A stretch of DNA of 42,268 bases, from contig MCFE01000719.1 in assembly GCA_002104905.1 (NCBI GenBank), forward strand, positions 1 to 42,268, given 5' to 3'. The notes under the pieces are model-generated. The model did not search any database. It was not told where the DNA came from and saw only the letters and a program-made list of their open reading frames with translations. This document shows, piece by piece, positions 1 to 11,369 of this stretch. The stretch comes from Basidiobolus meristosporus CBS 931.73 (Eukaryota; Fungi; Basidiobolomycota). The translations under genes were made by a program, and so were the position numbers. Numbering within the stretch: position 1 is the first letter of the stretch; each line of letters starts with the position of its first letter.

Positions 1-1875
1 CATCATGACTTCTGCATTAAATAATCTGCTCTAATATATACTAAAGTATCTGACAGATCCTGTTGAAATTTCAAGGCTCTCTGTGGTTTCTGGCTTGATA
101 ACTTGGTACAAGAGGCTCCATGAAGCATATCTGCATTGCCAGATAGTCCAAATAGAGCCTACATAGGCTTTGGCTCCATTTAGAAAGTAGCCTGATTTGT
201 GGTAGTAGTATTCTCCCATTTTTTCTTCTTTTTCTCTTTCTACTGATGATCAAAGGGAAATTCCTTTTGTGGGATGGTTCTGGACTGTCCCAAAGGTGGG
301 ACCACAGTGTGTTTGAGTACAGAAGACCTCATGACATCATTTGTCCACAATATTTGACTATTTGAGAGTAATATAGTCAAAATCAGCATCTACTTAGATC
401 AATCAGCATTTTGATAGAGTTGTCCAAATTTAATCAAATAAGCTGCATTTGCAAGCTAGTTTCATCAGTGCTTTGATATCAGACTTCAATATATAGCTCT
501 TTGAGTTGCAGAGCTTGGCAGTGACTGGATCAATTGCAATTCTTCTGATCTGATCCTGAGAATCAAATGTCACAAAGTGTTTTCTCCCAATGTAATAAGT
601 GATATATATATAACAAGTATAAAGTACTATGTTATCTTCTGAGTGGCCTGCAGTTGTATACTGGCCAACTGTTGCTTTGTTGTATACTCCAATCAGGCTT
701 GCAATCATTTACTTCACTCTCACTGGCTAGTGATAGAATCTACTTGAGTTAATTTTGCTAAATTTGAATGATACTTTCTCCCACTGTTTTGGGACTTAAG
801 CAGAGTGATAGCACATCTAACAGCTCCATATTTGGCTTCTGGTACATTAGCTTCAGTATAAAAACACTTGATACAATAAAGCATTCTTCCATTGGATTGT
901 GTAGTACACATCTGTACTCCAGGTGGATATATTTGTAATATATTTCATCAGGATCCTTACAACTCAGAGAGCTTGTTTCTGAGACCTTTTTCCATAGATA
1001 GATAGTCCAAAATGGCAGTTAAAAGCTCCAGTACTTGCATTCTCAGTCTTATTTTGAGTAGCAACAGATTTGGTAAAATCTTCCCCCGGCAGTCATGCAA
1101 TGATGATCTATATTTTTTTTTGGAATTCAGGATAGTATCTTATCCAAAAGCTTGTTTAACAGTTCATTGAGGCTATATGAATACATATAGCAATATATTT
1201 TATTGTAGATCTGTACCCTCAATTGCTGGAATTATGCAATTGTCTTCAGTAGTGGTATAGCACCAACACACTATATTTCTTGACATATTTACACGTCAAC
1301 TTGATAAACTCTCCTTCATAGCTAGCTTGAGTAGTTACTGGATGAGTCTTTTGAAGGCAAGGCCTTCTTCTCCACAGCAATATCCTCATGAACATAGTCC
1401 TTTTATCAGCAGTAGTCATCTTTAACTTTGGCAGGGCAATAGTGCAGATATTCTTTCTCCAGACTAGCAGAAATGGATCCAAGGCAAAGTAGACACAAAG
1501 AGAACAGCAAGCTTGGGGCGCATAGCCTGCTGCAATAATCTGAGGAGTATTGGAAGTGATGTGGAGAGCTAAAGGATCTACATGTTATCCACTTGTAGAT
1601 TTATGGATCAAAAGTATGGTATTTGTACTTTTGATAAAGTAGAGCAATCAAACATGTATATCTTGTTAAGGAAGGTCCCAAGAGTATGTGTGCAAAGTTT
1701 GGGGGCTTTTGGACAACTTTGAGAAAGATCATAATCTGGGTACCTGATAATTTGGTGAAAATATTCCAAGTAAGTCCCACAAGAAATTTGGTCAGGACAG
1801 AATGCTAATCAAAGAATAAGATCTATGTGACTAAGTTAGCATGAATATTTTGATGACAACTTAATAATTACAACA
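1..1875 (-). mobile_element. Non-autonomous LTR element, copy A (5' LTR + PBS + LINE-derived interior; runs off window start)
   Basis: Minus strand reads LTR 1875-1528 (TGTTG...TGCAGCA), then PBS GGCTATGCGCCC (1527-1516), then ~1.5 kb colinear with 2813-4343 of copy B (roughly 80% identical by eye). Confidence 0.85.
1528..1875 (-). repeat. LTR, family 1 (348 bp)
   Basis: Full-length homology to 2464-2812, 5426-5774 and 16959-17307. TG...CA ends. Confidence 0.92.
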
Positions 1876-1936
1876 AAAACTATATAATCTACTTGTTCTC
1901 CCAATCACTTCCAATATCTCCAAGACTCTTACAACA
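1876..1936 (+). repeat. 3' fragment of a family-2 LTR
   Basis: ATAATCTACTTGTTCTCCCAATCACTTCCAATATCTCCAAGACTCTTACAACA matches the 3' end of the copia LTRs (e.g. end of 10012-10359). Confidence 0.85.
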
Positions 1937-2463
1937 GAAACAAAGATAACCCAAATCAGGTGTAGAAGACAAAACCTTAACTTGGCCAAAAATAGGTCAT
2001 TATCTTTTTACCTCATATAGAGTCTATATGATGAAAGTAATTGTCTCTGAGTCTAATATGGACACAGAGTATAGTTGCCTAAATGAATAAACCGTTGCTT
2101 GGAAATATGGAGACTCCAGATCTACTATTAATGACAAAACCTTAACTTAACCAAAAGAGGGTTATTTTTGCTCAGATAAGATGCATTGGATAGCCCTGAG
2201 GCTATATAGCACTATTACAATATGATAATTAGACTCAGCTCATTATTAAAGCCTGTGCTATTGATCAACAATGACAATTAGTAGTTTGATTGGATCATTC
2301 TGATTTTTAGGCATATTATCAAGTACATATGCACCTTGAACTTCAAGTGGCTTGTTCAAATAAGTTGAGCACAAATACATATACTGTTGGATAATATATT
2401 AGTCCAGTATGCAACAGAGTTGAGTTCTTGTATGCTTATTACAGTTTGCACACTGCCAATATG
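1937..2463 (+). repeat. Older relic of the 3' interior of the non-autonomous element
   Basis: Colinear direct-repeat homology to 4865-5390, including the twice-repeated GACAAAACCTTAACTT motif. Confidence 0.85.
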
Positions 2464-2812
2464 TGTTGTAATTATTGAATTGTCACCTAAATATTCATGC
2501 TAACTTAGTCACATAGATCTTATTCTGTGATTAGCATTCTGTCCTGACTAGATTTCTTGTCGGGATTTACTTAGAATATTTTCACCAAATTGTCAGGTAC
2601 CCAGATTATTATTTTTCTCAAAGTCGTCCAAAAGACCCCAAACTTTGCACACATATTCTTGGGACCTTCCTTAACAAACTCTACATGTTTGTTTCCTCTA
2701 CTTTATCAAAAGTATAAATACCATACTTTTGATCAATAAATCTACAAGTGAATAACATGTAAATCTTCTAGTTCTCCACATCACTTCCAAAACTCCTCAG
2801 AATATTGCAACA

Positions 2813-2824
2813 GGTTATGAGCCC
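2813..2824 (+). promoter_or_regulatory. Primer-binding site complementary to the initiator tRNA-Met anticodon arm (half-tRNA priming, Ty5/copia type)
   Basis: GGTTATGAGCCC is the reverse complement of GGGCUCAUAACC of eukaryotic tRNAiMet and abuts the LTR end. Variants follow the other 5' LTRs (1516-1527, 15686-15697, 17478-17489). Confidence 0.9.
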
Positions 2825-2825
2825 C

Positions 2826-4340
2826 AAGCTTGCTGTCCTCTTGGTGTCTACTATGCTTTGGATCCTTTTCTGCTAGTCTGGAGAAAGACTTTCCGCACTA
2901 TTGCTCTGCTAAGGTTAAAGAAGACTACCGCTGCTAAAGGACTATGTTTATGAGGATATTGCTGTGGAGAAGAAGGCCTTGCCTTCAAAAGATGCCTTCA
3001 GTAACTATTCAAGTTAGTTATGAAGAAGAGTCAATCAAACTGGCATGTAATTGTGTCAAGAAATATAGTATGTTGGTGCTCTACCACTACTGAAGAAAAT
3101 TGCGTAATTCCAGCAATTGAGGGTCCAGATCTACAATGAAATATACTGCAATATGTATTCATATGACCCCAATTGACTGTTAGACGAGCTCTTGGATAGG
3201 ATATTATCCTGAATTGCAAAAAAAAAATATAGATCATTATTAATGATTGCCGGAGGAGGATTTTACCAAAAATCTGTTGCCACTCAAAATACAGCTGAGA
3301 ATGCAAATACTGGAGCTGTTAGCCGCCATTCTGGACTATCTACTGATGGAAAAAGATCTCAGAAACAAGCTTCCTGAATTGTAAGGATCCCAATGATATA
3401 TAATACATATATATCCACCTGGAGTACGGATATGTACTATACAATCCATTAGAAGAATGCTATAATTGTATCAAGTGTTTTGATACTGAAACCAGTGTAC
3501 CAGGAGCTAAATATGGAGCTGTTAGACGTGCTATCACTCTGTTTAAGTCTCAAAACAGTGGGAGAAAGTATTATACAAATTTAGCAAAATCAACTCATGA
3601 AGATTCTACCGCCAGCCAAAGGAGTGAAGCATATAATTGCAAGCCTGATTGGAGTATACAACCAAGCAACAGTTGGTCAGTACACAGCTAAGAGCCACTC
3701 AGAAGATAACATAGTACTTTATACTTGTTATATATATATCACTTATTACAGTGGGAGAAAACACTTGGTGATATTTAACTTCTCTGGATCAGATCAGAAG
3801 AATTTTGATTGATCAAGTCACCGCCAAGTTCTGCAACTCAAAATACTGATATATTGGAGTCTGATACCGAAGTATTGATGAAGCTAGCTATCAAATGCAG
3901 TTTATTTGATCAAATTTGGTCAACTCTATCAAAAGTTATGAATGATCTAAGTGGATGCCGATTTTGATTATTTCACTCTCAAATAGTCAGATATTCTGGA
4001 ACAATGATGTCATGGAGACTCTTGTGCTCAAAAACACCGTGGTCCCACCTGCAAGGAAGTCCAGAACCACCCCACAAAAGGAATTATCCCTGGGTCATCA
4101 GCAGAAAAAGAAAAGAAGAAAAAATGGAAAATACTACTACCGCAAACTAGGGTACTTCCCAAATGGTGCCAAAACTTATGTAGGCCATATTTGGACTATC
4201 TGGCAATGCAGATATGTTCTATGGAGCCTCTTGTACGAAGTTCTCAAGCTAGAAACCCCAGAAGAGCCTTGAAACTTCAACAGGATCTGTTAGATATTGT
4301 AGTATATATTGGAACAGATTATTTAGTGCAGAAGTCTTGA
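2826..4340 (+). pseudogene. Degenerate 3' half of an L1/Tx1-like LINE ORF2 (RT C-terminal half to zf-RVT region)
   Basis: Across frameshifts the motifs appear in L1 order and spacing: Q(A)C.PL..Y.ALDPFL (QGCPLSP..ALDP), LP.LK.TTAD (YADD region), KY.AI, LSTDGK, ILPPAKG, then IWTIWQCR (W.IW..RN). About 500 codons, as expected from YADD to the ORF2 end. Confidence 0.65.
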
Positions 4341-4451
4341 TGTCTGCTGTCTATGGAGCTGAAAGAAAAAGGTGCAAGGATCAACCAGATGGTTTTTATG
4401 GATTCTGAAGACACTGAGAAGATCAGTTAGCCTTGGAAACCAAGCTCAAGG

Positions 4452-4850
4452 TTGAAAATAACTATCAGGAGAATAAGGATAATCAAAGCCCTTGTTAAGG
4501 AGAATCTCACTTCTGGAAAAGCGCCAATCTCTATTCTACAAGTATATTCTGATAAGACAAAAGCAGCTGTATCAATCCAAATCAGTAGAAGCACTCTAAG
4601 AATAGCTACCAAACAACCCATGGTGTTGTCCAATACCAAACTGGGTAAATCAAGAAGCAAATGGACTTTGAATCTACCGCATATGAAGTAATCAGTCCAA
4701 AGAAAGTTATTGCTATTTAAAGAAGACAAAGATGACCATTCTAGATCATATTTGTGGATCTGAATCACTAAACAGACGTGGTTCAAGTGGGAGCAGGCCA
4801 TCCCAGCTCAGAGTTGAGCAAAAACCTTCTTTTTTTGGCCATGTTATATG
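4452..4850 (+). pseudogene. Possible Tc1/mariner transposase remnant (HTH-Tc3_2 region to start of DDE domain)
   Basis: RIIKALVKEN...VSIQISRSTLRIA..KQPMVLS...RSKW...KLLLFKED...W...FFWPC resembles the Tc1 consensus (R.I.RLVREN..VS..T.RR.L..A...KP.LS..R..W...V.FSDE...M.WGC). Contains stops. Confidence 0.45.
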
Positions 4851-5416
4851 TGCCACAGTGCCAGGAAACAAGGATAATCCGGATCAGGCGTAAATGACAA
4901 AACCTTAACTTGACCCAAAGTAGGTCACTATTTTTTACCTCATATAGCATCTATATGATGGAAGTAACTGTCCCTGAGCCTAATATGGACACACAGTGAA
5001 GTTGTCTAAATGGATTAGACTGTTGGCCGGAAATAAGGAAACTCCAGATCTGCCGTAAATGACAAAACCTTAACTTGACCAAAAGTGGGTCAATTTTGCT
5101 CAAATAAGAAGCATTGGATAGCCCAGAGGCTATATACCATTATTACAATCTGTCAATTAGACTCAGCTTATTATTCAAGCCCGTACAACTGATCAAAGTT
5201 GATGATTAGTATTATGATCAGATCATTCAGATTTTTAGGCATATTACTAAGTAGATATGCATACTGAATTCCAAGTTACTTGTTCTATTAAGTTGAACAC
5301 AAATGCATACACCTTTGGATAATATATTAGTCCAGTATGCAAAACAGTTAAATCTTATACGCTTATTACAGATTGCACACTCACAATATGTATTTATTAC
5401 TCATGAATATTTTGTT

Positions 5417-5425
5417 GAGTGGGAG
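5417..5425 (+). promoter_or_regulatory. Polypurine tract
   Basis: GAGTGGGAG directly 5' of the LTR start TGTTG. The same motif family precedes the 3' LTRs at 10012 and 21510. Confidence 0.8.
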
Positions 5426-5774
5426 TGTTGTAATTATTGAATTGTCACCTAAATATTCATGCTAACTTAGTCACATAGATCTTATTCTGTGATTAGCATT
5501 CTGTCCTGACTAGATTTCTTGTCGGGATTTACTTAGAATATTTTCACCAAATTATCAGGTACCCAGATTATTATTTTTCTCAAAGTCGTCCAAAAGACCC
5601 CAAACTTTGCACACATATTCTTGGGACCTTCCTTAACAAACTCTACACGTTTGTTTCCTCTACTTTATCAAAAGTATAAATACCATACTTTTGATCAATA
5701 AATCTACAAGTGAATAACATGTAAATCCTCTAGTTCTCCACATCACTTCCAATACTCCTCAGAATATTGCAACA

Positions 5775-6056
5775 TTAATAAGCAATGATAACCAACAAAG
5801 GAGGTACCCAAGACCTTACAAAGGCAACAGCAACCTGTTTTGTAAATACTGCAAAAGGAAAGGACACACATCAGACCAGTGTCTCAAAATGAGAGATTAT
5901 CTGCAAAAGAAGCCTGTATATGGAAATGCTGCAACAACTGAGATAGACTATTCATATTGGCACTAAATATGACCACAAACAAGGATTCTCAGATGTGGTA
6001 TATTGACTCTGGAGCTTCTCAACACTTAACACACCAAAAAGAACTTTTTACCCAAT
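5775..6056 (+). pseudogene. Copia gag zinc-knuckle and protease fragment
   Basis: Translates to CKYCKRKGHTSDQC (CCHC) and WYIDSGASQHLTHQKELF. Homologous to 14780-15060 and 18120-18400. Confidence 0.9.
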
Positions 6057-6284
6057 AGACTTGTTCTGTTGGATAGTGCCACATTGAGCCATGAGTGCCA
6101 AATGATGCCATAGTGTGCCAGAGAGGTCAAGTGAGCCTATACTTGGCCACAGAGTGTGAAACATATCTCTGCATCTTCATGTAAAGCAGCCTCTGTGTTT
6201 CACCCATTGTGCAGGAGAAAATCCATTTTTTGACCTCTTACAACACAAAGTAGGGGGGATATTTAGATGAGGAGTAGGAGCAGG

Positions 6285-9201
6285 TATGTAAACCATAGAC
6301 TGATAAGGAAAGTCAGGGTTTTCAGATGGCACCAAGCTCTCTTAATTTGGTGGAGTTTTGACCAAGTTAAGGCTTGTCTCCATTGGGGCAGCTGTCAGTT
6401 TACAGTTTTCCATTTGGTACTTCTTTAGTATATCCTGAATATACTTGGATTGACTTTGGGTGGTAGTCTGTGTACCTCTGTCAATGGAGAACTTCATCCC
6501 TAAGTGGTAACTGAGTTCTCCCAGATTGGACATCTTGAACTCCTTAGATAGGCTGAATGTAGTCTCTTCCAATGTTACTAGGTTATTGGTGGCTATAGTA
6601 AGATCATCCACATATAGAGCTAATAGAACTGGATTTGCTCTATCTGGCTTATAGTATGTACTATAGTCAGCATTACTCCTTTTGAAGCTTGGCAAATCCA
6701 ATAAGAAAATATCTTGCAATTCCAGGCTCTTGGTGATTGTTTGAGACCTTATAGAGATTTTTTAAGTTTGCAGACCAAATGGGGGTTATCTTGGTCAATA
6801 AACTCATCAGGCTGGTCCATATACATGTCCTTATCAAGTTCTCCATTCAAACTGCAGCTTTTACATCCATTTGAAGAATACAGACTTTTATTTGGCTGCA
6901 ATAGCCAATTTCAATTAGACAGTATTAAGCTTGGCTACCAGTGCAAAGGTCTCAGTATAGTCAGGTCCTTTTGCTTGAGAGTATCCTTTGGCCACAAGTC
7001 TTGCTTGGTATCTTTCAATTGTACCATCAGCCTTGTATTTTGCCTCAAAAACCCACTGGCATCCAATTGATTTTTGGTTGATTGGTAACTTGATTAAGTC
7101 CCAAGTTTGATTTTCCATTAGAGCCTGATATTCCTCAGTCATTGCAGATCTCCAAGACATTTTCTGAGGGCTATTTAGGGCCTCTTTACATTCTGGGTCT
7201 CATCAATATGGACTGAAGAGTCATAGGCTTAGGTTGTACCCTAACCAATATAGTAATCTGGGCTATTTCTTGTCTAGTTGGTTCTCCTGGCATTTCATAC
7301 TGAAATGATCACTTCTGGGATATTTTTGGGCACTGATTCAGGCTAGACCATGGCTGTAGAGTCCTCTGGAGTGAAAAAGTTTCATTGTTTTGCTCTGATC
7401 CAATCCTGACTACTGGTGCACTTGAGATCAAATTTTTGTCATAATTTGATATCATTTTTGTGAAGATTTTGAATTTTTGTTAAACAATGCATCCCTGGAC
7501 TTGATCAGCTTCTTTACTTTGGTACTGTAGAGTCTGTATGCTTTACTCTCATTGGAGTAGCCAAAAAATATGCATTTACACTTTTTGGCTCAAATTTTGA
7601 CTGATTTCTGGGCAGTTTCTTGGCATATGCTGTACACCCAAATATTCTTGGATGTTCTGCACCTAGTCTGTATCCATACCATGCTTCAAATGGAGCAGAG
7701 TTGCAAAGTATTCTGCTATTAATCCTATTTTTATGATTCACAGCTGGGGAAACTGATTGCACCCAAAAATCATAGGATAATGTGGGATCATGGATCATAG
7801 ATCTTGCCAAATTGGTTATAGATCAGTTTGCATATTCTGCTACTCCATTTTGCTGTGGAGAGTATGGTACAGTAGTCTCTTGCTTTATCCCATGACTTTT
7901 GCAGAAGTGGATGAAGAGTTTTGAAGTATACTATCCACCATTGTCATAGTGTGTTTTCTTGAATTTTTCAGCAGTTTCTCTCTCCACCATGGTTTTAAGC
8001 TCCCTGAACTTAGACAGAGCTTCTTCTTTTCTCTCCATGAAGTAGATCCGTGTGTATCTTGTATACTCATCAGTAAAAGTGATTAAATATTTCATCCTGC
8101 CTAAGGATATATTTTGCATAGGTCCATACAGATCTTAGTGAATTAGATCAAATTTTTCTTAGTTTTGATGAGCCCAGAGCTCTTGAATGGTTGTCTGGCC
8201 TGTATCCCATATATGCAAGCTTCACTCTAAATTAGCTGTGGGATCAATTTTTACTCTAGAAATTAGCCAATCTTTGATCATTTTGTGCCAATAGTCAAAT
8301 TTATGTGTCCACATCTCCTATGCCAAAGCATTGGTGTTATTTCATTCAAGTTACCTATATTGACTTCTGGATATGATGGAATATAAGTCAGATTATACAG
8401 ATTCTGATCTCTGAAACCAAAACAATATGAGCACCATTTTGAACAGTAATCCTGCATCTAGTATTGTCAAAGCTACAACTGAGTCCTTCTGCTGTGGCCT
8501 TGCTTACAGATAGTAGGTTCCTGGCTATTTCTGGTACATAGAGTACTTCTTTAAAGGACAGTGTATGCCTTCCTTCACTGCTTCTAAGGTTTACTTGGAT
8601 AGTTCCTTTTTATTGGCACTTGATTTTCTTGATTCTTCATCCAGGGGCCTTCCATACACATAATTTAAGGTGAAATCTTCAGTCCTGGACTCTAGGGCTG
8701 ATACAAGGCCCTGAAACTCATCTGTCAGGCTATTCAGGAAGGTTACTATCACATCCTCAACAGTAGTTGGTAGGTCCAACTCTTCACCAGTGGGAAGATT
8801 CCAGTAATAGCAGTAGTAGACATTGTAGAGAGTGACAGCTCCAGGCTTATAAACTGTTGTAAGAGTCTTGGAGATATTGTAAGTGATTGACAGAACAAGT
8901 AGATTATGTGGTTTTCACTGAATGATTTATTGAATTTGAAAGTAAAATTTATACTTTTACATGGTCTTGACTTAGCAAGTTTGTAAAATAAGTTTAGGAA
9001 GATTCAAAAGCATGTGCGCAAAGTTTGGGGCTATTTCAATAACCTTGAGAATTCTCATGTTCTGGGCACCTGGTATTTTGCTGAAAATATTCCAAATAAA
9101 ACGCAACAGGAATTTGGTCAGTATTCTCTAAGATTTGTAGGTAATGATCTAAGTGACTAAGTTAGGTGAGTATATAGGTGTAATTCTGAGTTCTTATAAC
9201 A
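6285..9201 (-). mobile_element. Degenerate Ty1/copia element, 3'-truncated, with an internal gag-protease deletion
   Basis: 5' LTR 9201-8855, degenerate PBS, gag fragment (8779-8591) joined directly to post-protease sequence, integrase (FTDEYTRY, HYDNGG, ARSMIHD), RT ([25 protein letters not shown]). Many stops and frameshifts. Confidence 0.92.
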
Positions 9202-9215
9202 CTCCCTAACCCTAA

Positions 9216-10359
9216 GTGCCAAATGAAAGACTGTAAACCAGCAGCTACCACAAAGGAGACAAACCTCAACCTGATCAACACTCAACCAAATCAAGAGAGC
9301 TTGGTGCCCTCTAAAAGCCCTGACTTTCCTTATCTGTCTATTGTCAGCAGTCTGATGTATGTTATGCTTGGAACACATCCAGATATCTTGCATTCAGTGG
9401 AGTTGTCAGCCAGTATAATCAGAACTATGGATCTGATCATATTGCAGCAGTTTGGCAGATTTTTAGATACCTAAAAAAAACTGCTGATATCTGCATAAGA
9501 TACACCTATGAGTATTCAGAACAGGAACTTGTGGGATACTCTGATGCTGATTGGGGACAAAATTTGGAAGACAGAAGATCTACCACAGGATGAACCTTTG
9601 CTCACTGTAAAGGGGCAATTTCATGGAATTCACAAAAGCAACCAACCATAGCACTTTCTACCACAGAGGCAGAGTATATGGCAGCCTGTGCAGTTACAAA
9701 AGAGCAATGTGGTTAAGGAAGGTTCTTGAAGATTTAGGCTTATGCCAAAAAATGCCCATTACTTTACTTCAAGATAACCAATGATGTATACACTTAAGTA
9801 GAAATCCAACTTTTCATGCGAGAACTAGGCACATAGATATTAGAAATCATTTCAAACGTGAAGCTATAGAGAACAACTTAGTTTGCTTAGATTACTGTCC
9901 TTCAGATGAAATGATTGCTGACATACTTGCCAAACCATTAGCTAGAGACAAGTTTGAATATCTTAGGTCAAAATTAGGACTAGTTAGTATGAGCATTTGG
10001 CTGAGTGGAAGTGTTGTAAGAGTTTGTAATTCTACCTATATATTCACCCAGCTTAGTCATATAGGTCATTACCTTCAAATTTCAGGCAACACCAACCAAA
10101 TTCCTTGTTGGATTTACTTGAAATATTTTCACCAAAATATCAGGTACCCAGAACATGGAAATTCTCAAAGTTATTCAAACAGCCCCAAACTTTGCACACA
10201 TACTCTTGGGACCTTTCTAAGCTTATTTTATGTGTTTTCACAGCCAAGACCATGTAAAAGTATAAATACTACTTTTACATTGAATAAAACATTGTGTAAA
10301 AACCACATAATCTACTTGTTTTCCCAATTACTCCCAATACCTCAAAGACTCTTACAACA
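9216..10359 (+). mobile_element. 3' remnant of a Ty1/copia element (end of RT, RNase H, PPT, 3' LTR 10012-10359)
   Basis: GYSDADWG, ALSTTEAEYMA, HIDIRNHF, IADILAKPL, then PPT CTGAGTGGAAG and a 348-bp TGTTG...CAACA LTR. Confidence 0.92.
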
Positions 10360-10753
10360 GAGGATGGTTGCAGGGACATGTGTGCAAAGCTTAGGCCTGT
10401 TTGGACTACACTGACATATCTTGTGTTCAGAGTACCTGACATTTTGGTGACAATAGTCTATGTCAATCCCATCAAGAAATCTTTTCAGAATTCTCCAAGA
10501 TTTATAGGAAACAATGTGGGGGACTAAGCTTGATAACCACTTGCTTAAGAGTTTTGGATGTAATGGAAGTGATTGGGACAACAAGTATGTTATGGAGCTC
10601 CCACTTGATGATTTGTTGAGTGTAAATGTATTACTTTTACTTATAAAAGGTCTTGGATAACTAAACCTGTAGTATATTTTTAGAAAATCTCAGGGAATAT
10701 GTGGGTAATGTTTGGGTCTGTTTGGATAGCATTACAAAATTTCATGTTCTTGG
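10360..10753 (-). repeat. Highly degenerate LTR fragments
   Basis: Patchy matches to the family-2 LTR reverse complement (ACATGTGTGCAAAG, ATTTTGGTGA, GGAAGTGATTGGGA). Confidence 0.65.
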
Positions 10754-11101
10754 TTTGGTAAAAACTTGTAATTCCACCTAAATATTCACCTAGCTTAGTC
10801 ACTTAGATTATTACATTCAAGTCCTAGAGAATACTGACCAAAATCCTTGTTGGGATTCACTTAAGTTATTTTCACCAAAATATCAGGTATCCAGACCATG
10901 AAAATTCTCAAAGTTGTCCAAACAGCCCCAAGCTTTGCACACATGTTCTTGGGACCTTCCTAAGCCTACTCAACATGTCTGTTATGCCAAGGCCATGTAG
11001 AAGTATAAATACTACTTTTACATTCAATTAATTGTAAAGTGAAAACCACATTATCTACTTATTCTCCCTGTACTTCCAACATCTCCAAGCCTCATACAAC
11101 A
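10754..11101 (+). mobile_element. Solo LTR, family 2, with 5-bp TSD CTTGG
   Basis: 348-bp LTR flanked by CTTGG at 10749-10753 and 11102-11106. Confidence 0.85.
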
Positions 11102-11369
11102 CTTGGTATATGATATATTGGTGAGAGTGTTACTAGTAAGCTCTGACAAGGTATTTGGTCAGGCTTCTCTAAGATCTGTCAGCAGTGATACAAGCAACCA
11201 AGTCAGGTGAATTTGTAGTTGTGATCACAAAGTTTATAAGACACCCACTCAACTAAATATTTGCATGAGTTAGTCCTAACTGTGATCCAAATATTCCAAT
11301 TGATTTCTGGTTAATGTTTAATGATTATGGCGGCAATCAAATCATTTGTGGGACAGTAAACTAAGGTAC

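Larger units (their letters stand above)
2464..5774 (+). mobile_element. Non-autonomous LTR retroelement, copy B (LTR-PBS-cargo-PPT-LTR, no recognisable copia gag/pol)
   Basis: 349-bp LTRs at 2464-2812 and 5426-5774 differ at 4 positions. PBS GGTTATGAGCCC follows the 5' LTR directly and PPT GAGTGGGAG precedes the 3' LTR directly. No TSD (ATATG vs TTAAT). Confidence 0.88.

Noticed and set aside
5775-6056. Plus-strand gag/protease piece corresponds to the part deleted from the neighbouring minus-strand copia (junction ~8605)
   Set aside because: The endpoints do not match the deletion and many copia fragments are present, so coincidence is sufficient.
9911-10414. 167-aa ORF reading from RNase H through the entire 3' LTR
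   Set aside because: Other copies have TAG before the PPT (ATG AGC ATT TAG) and stops or frameshifts within the LTR. The open frame comes from a private TAG>TGG change plus chance.
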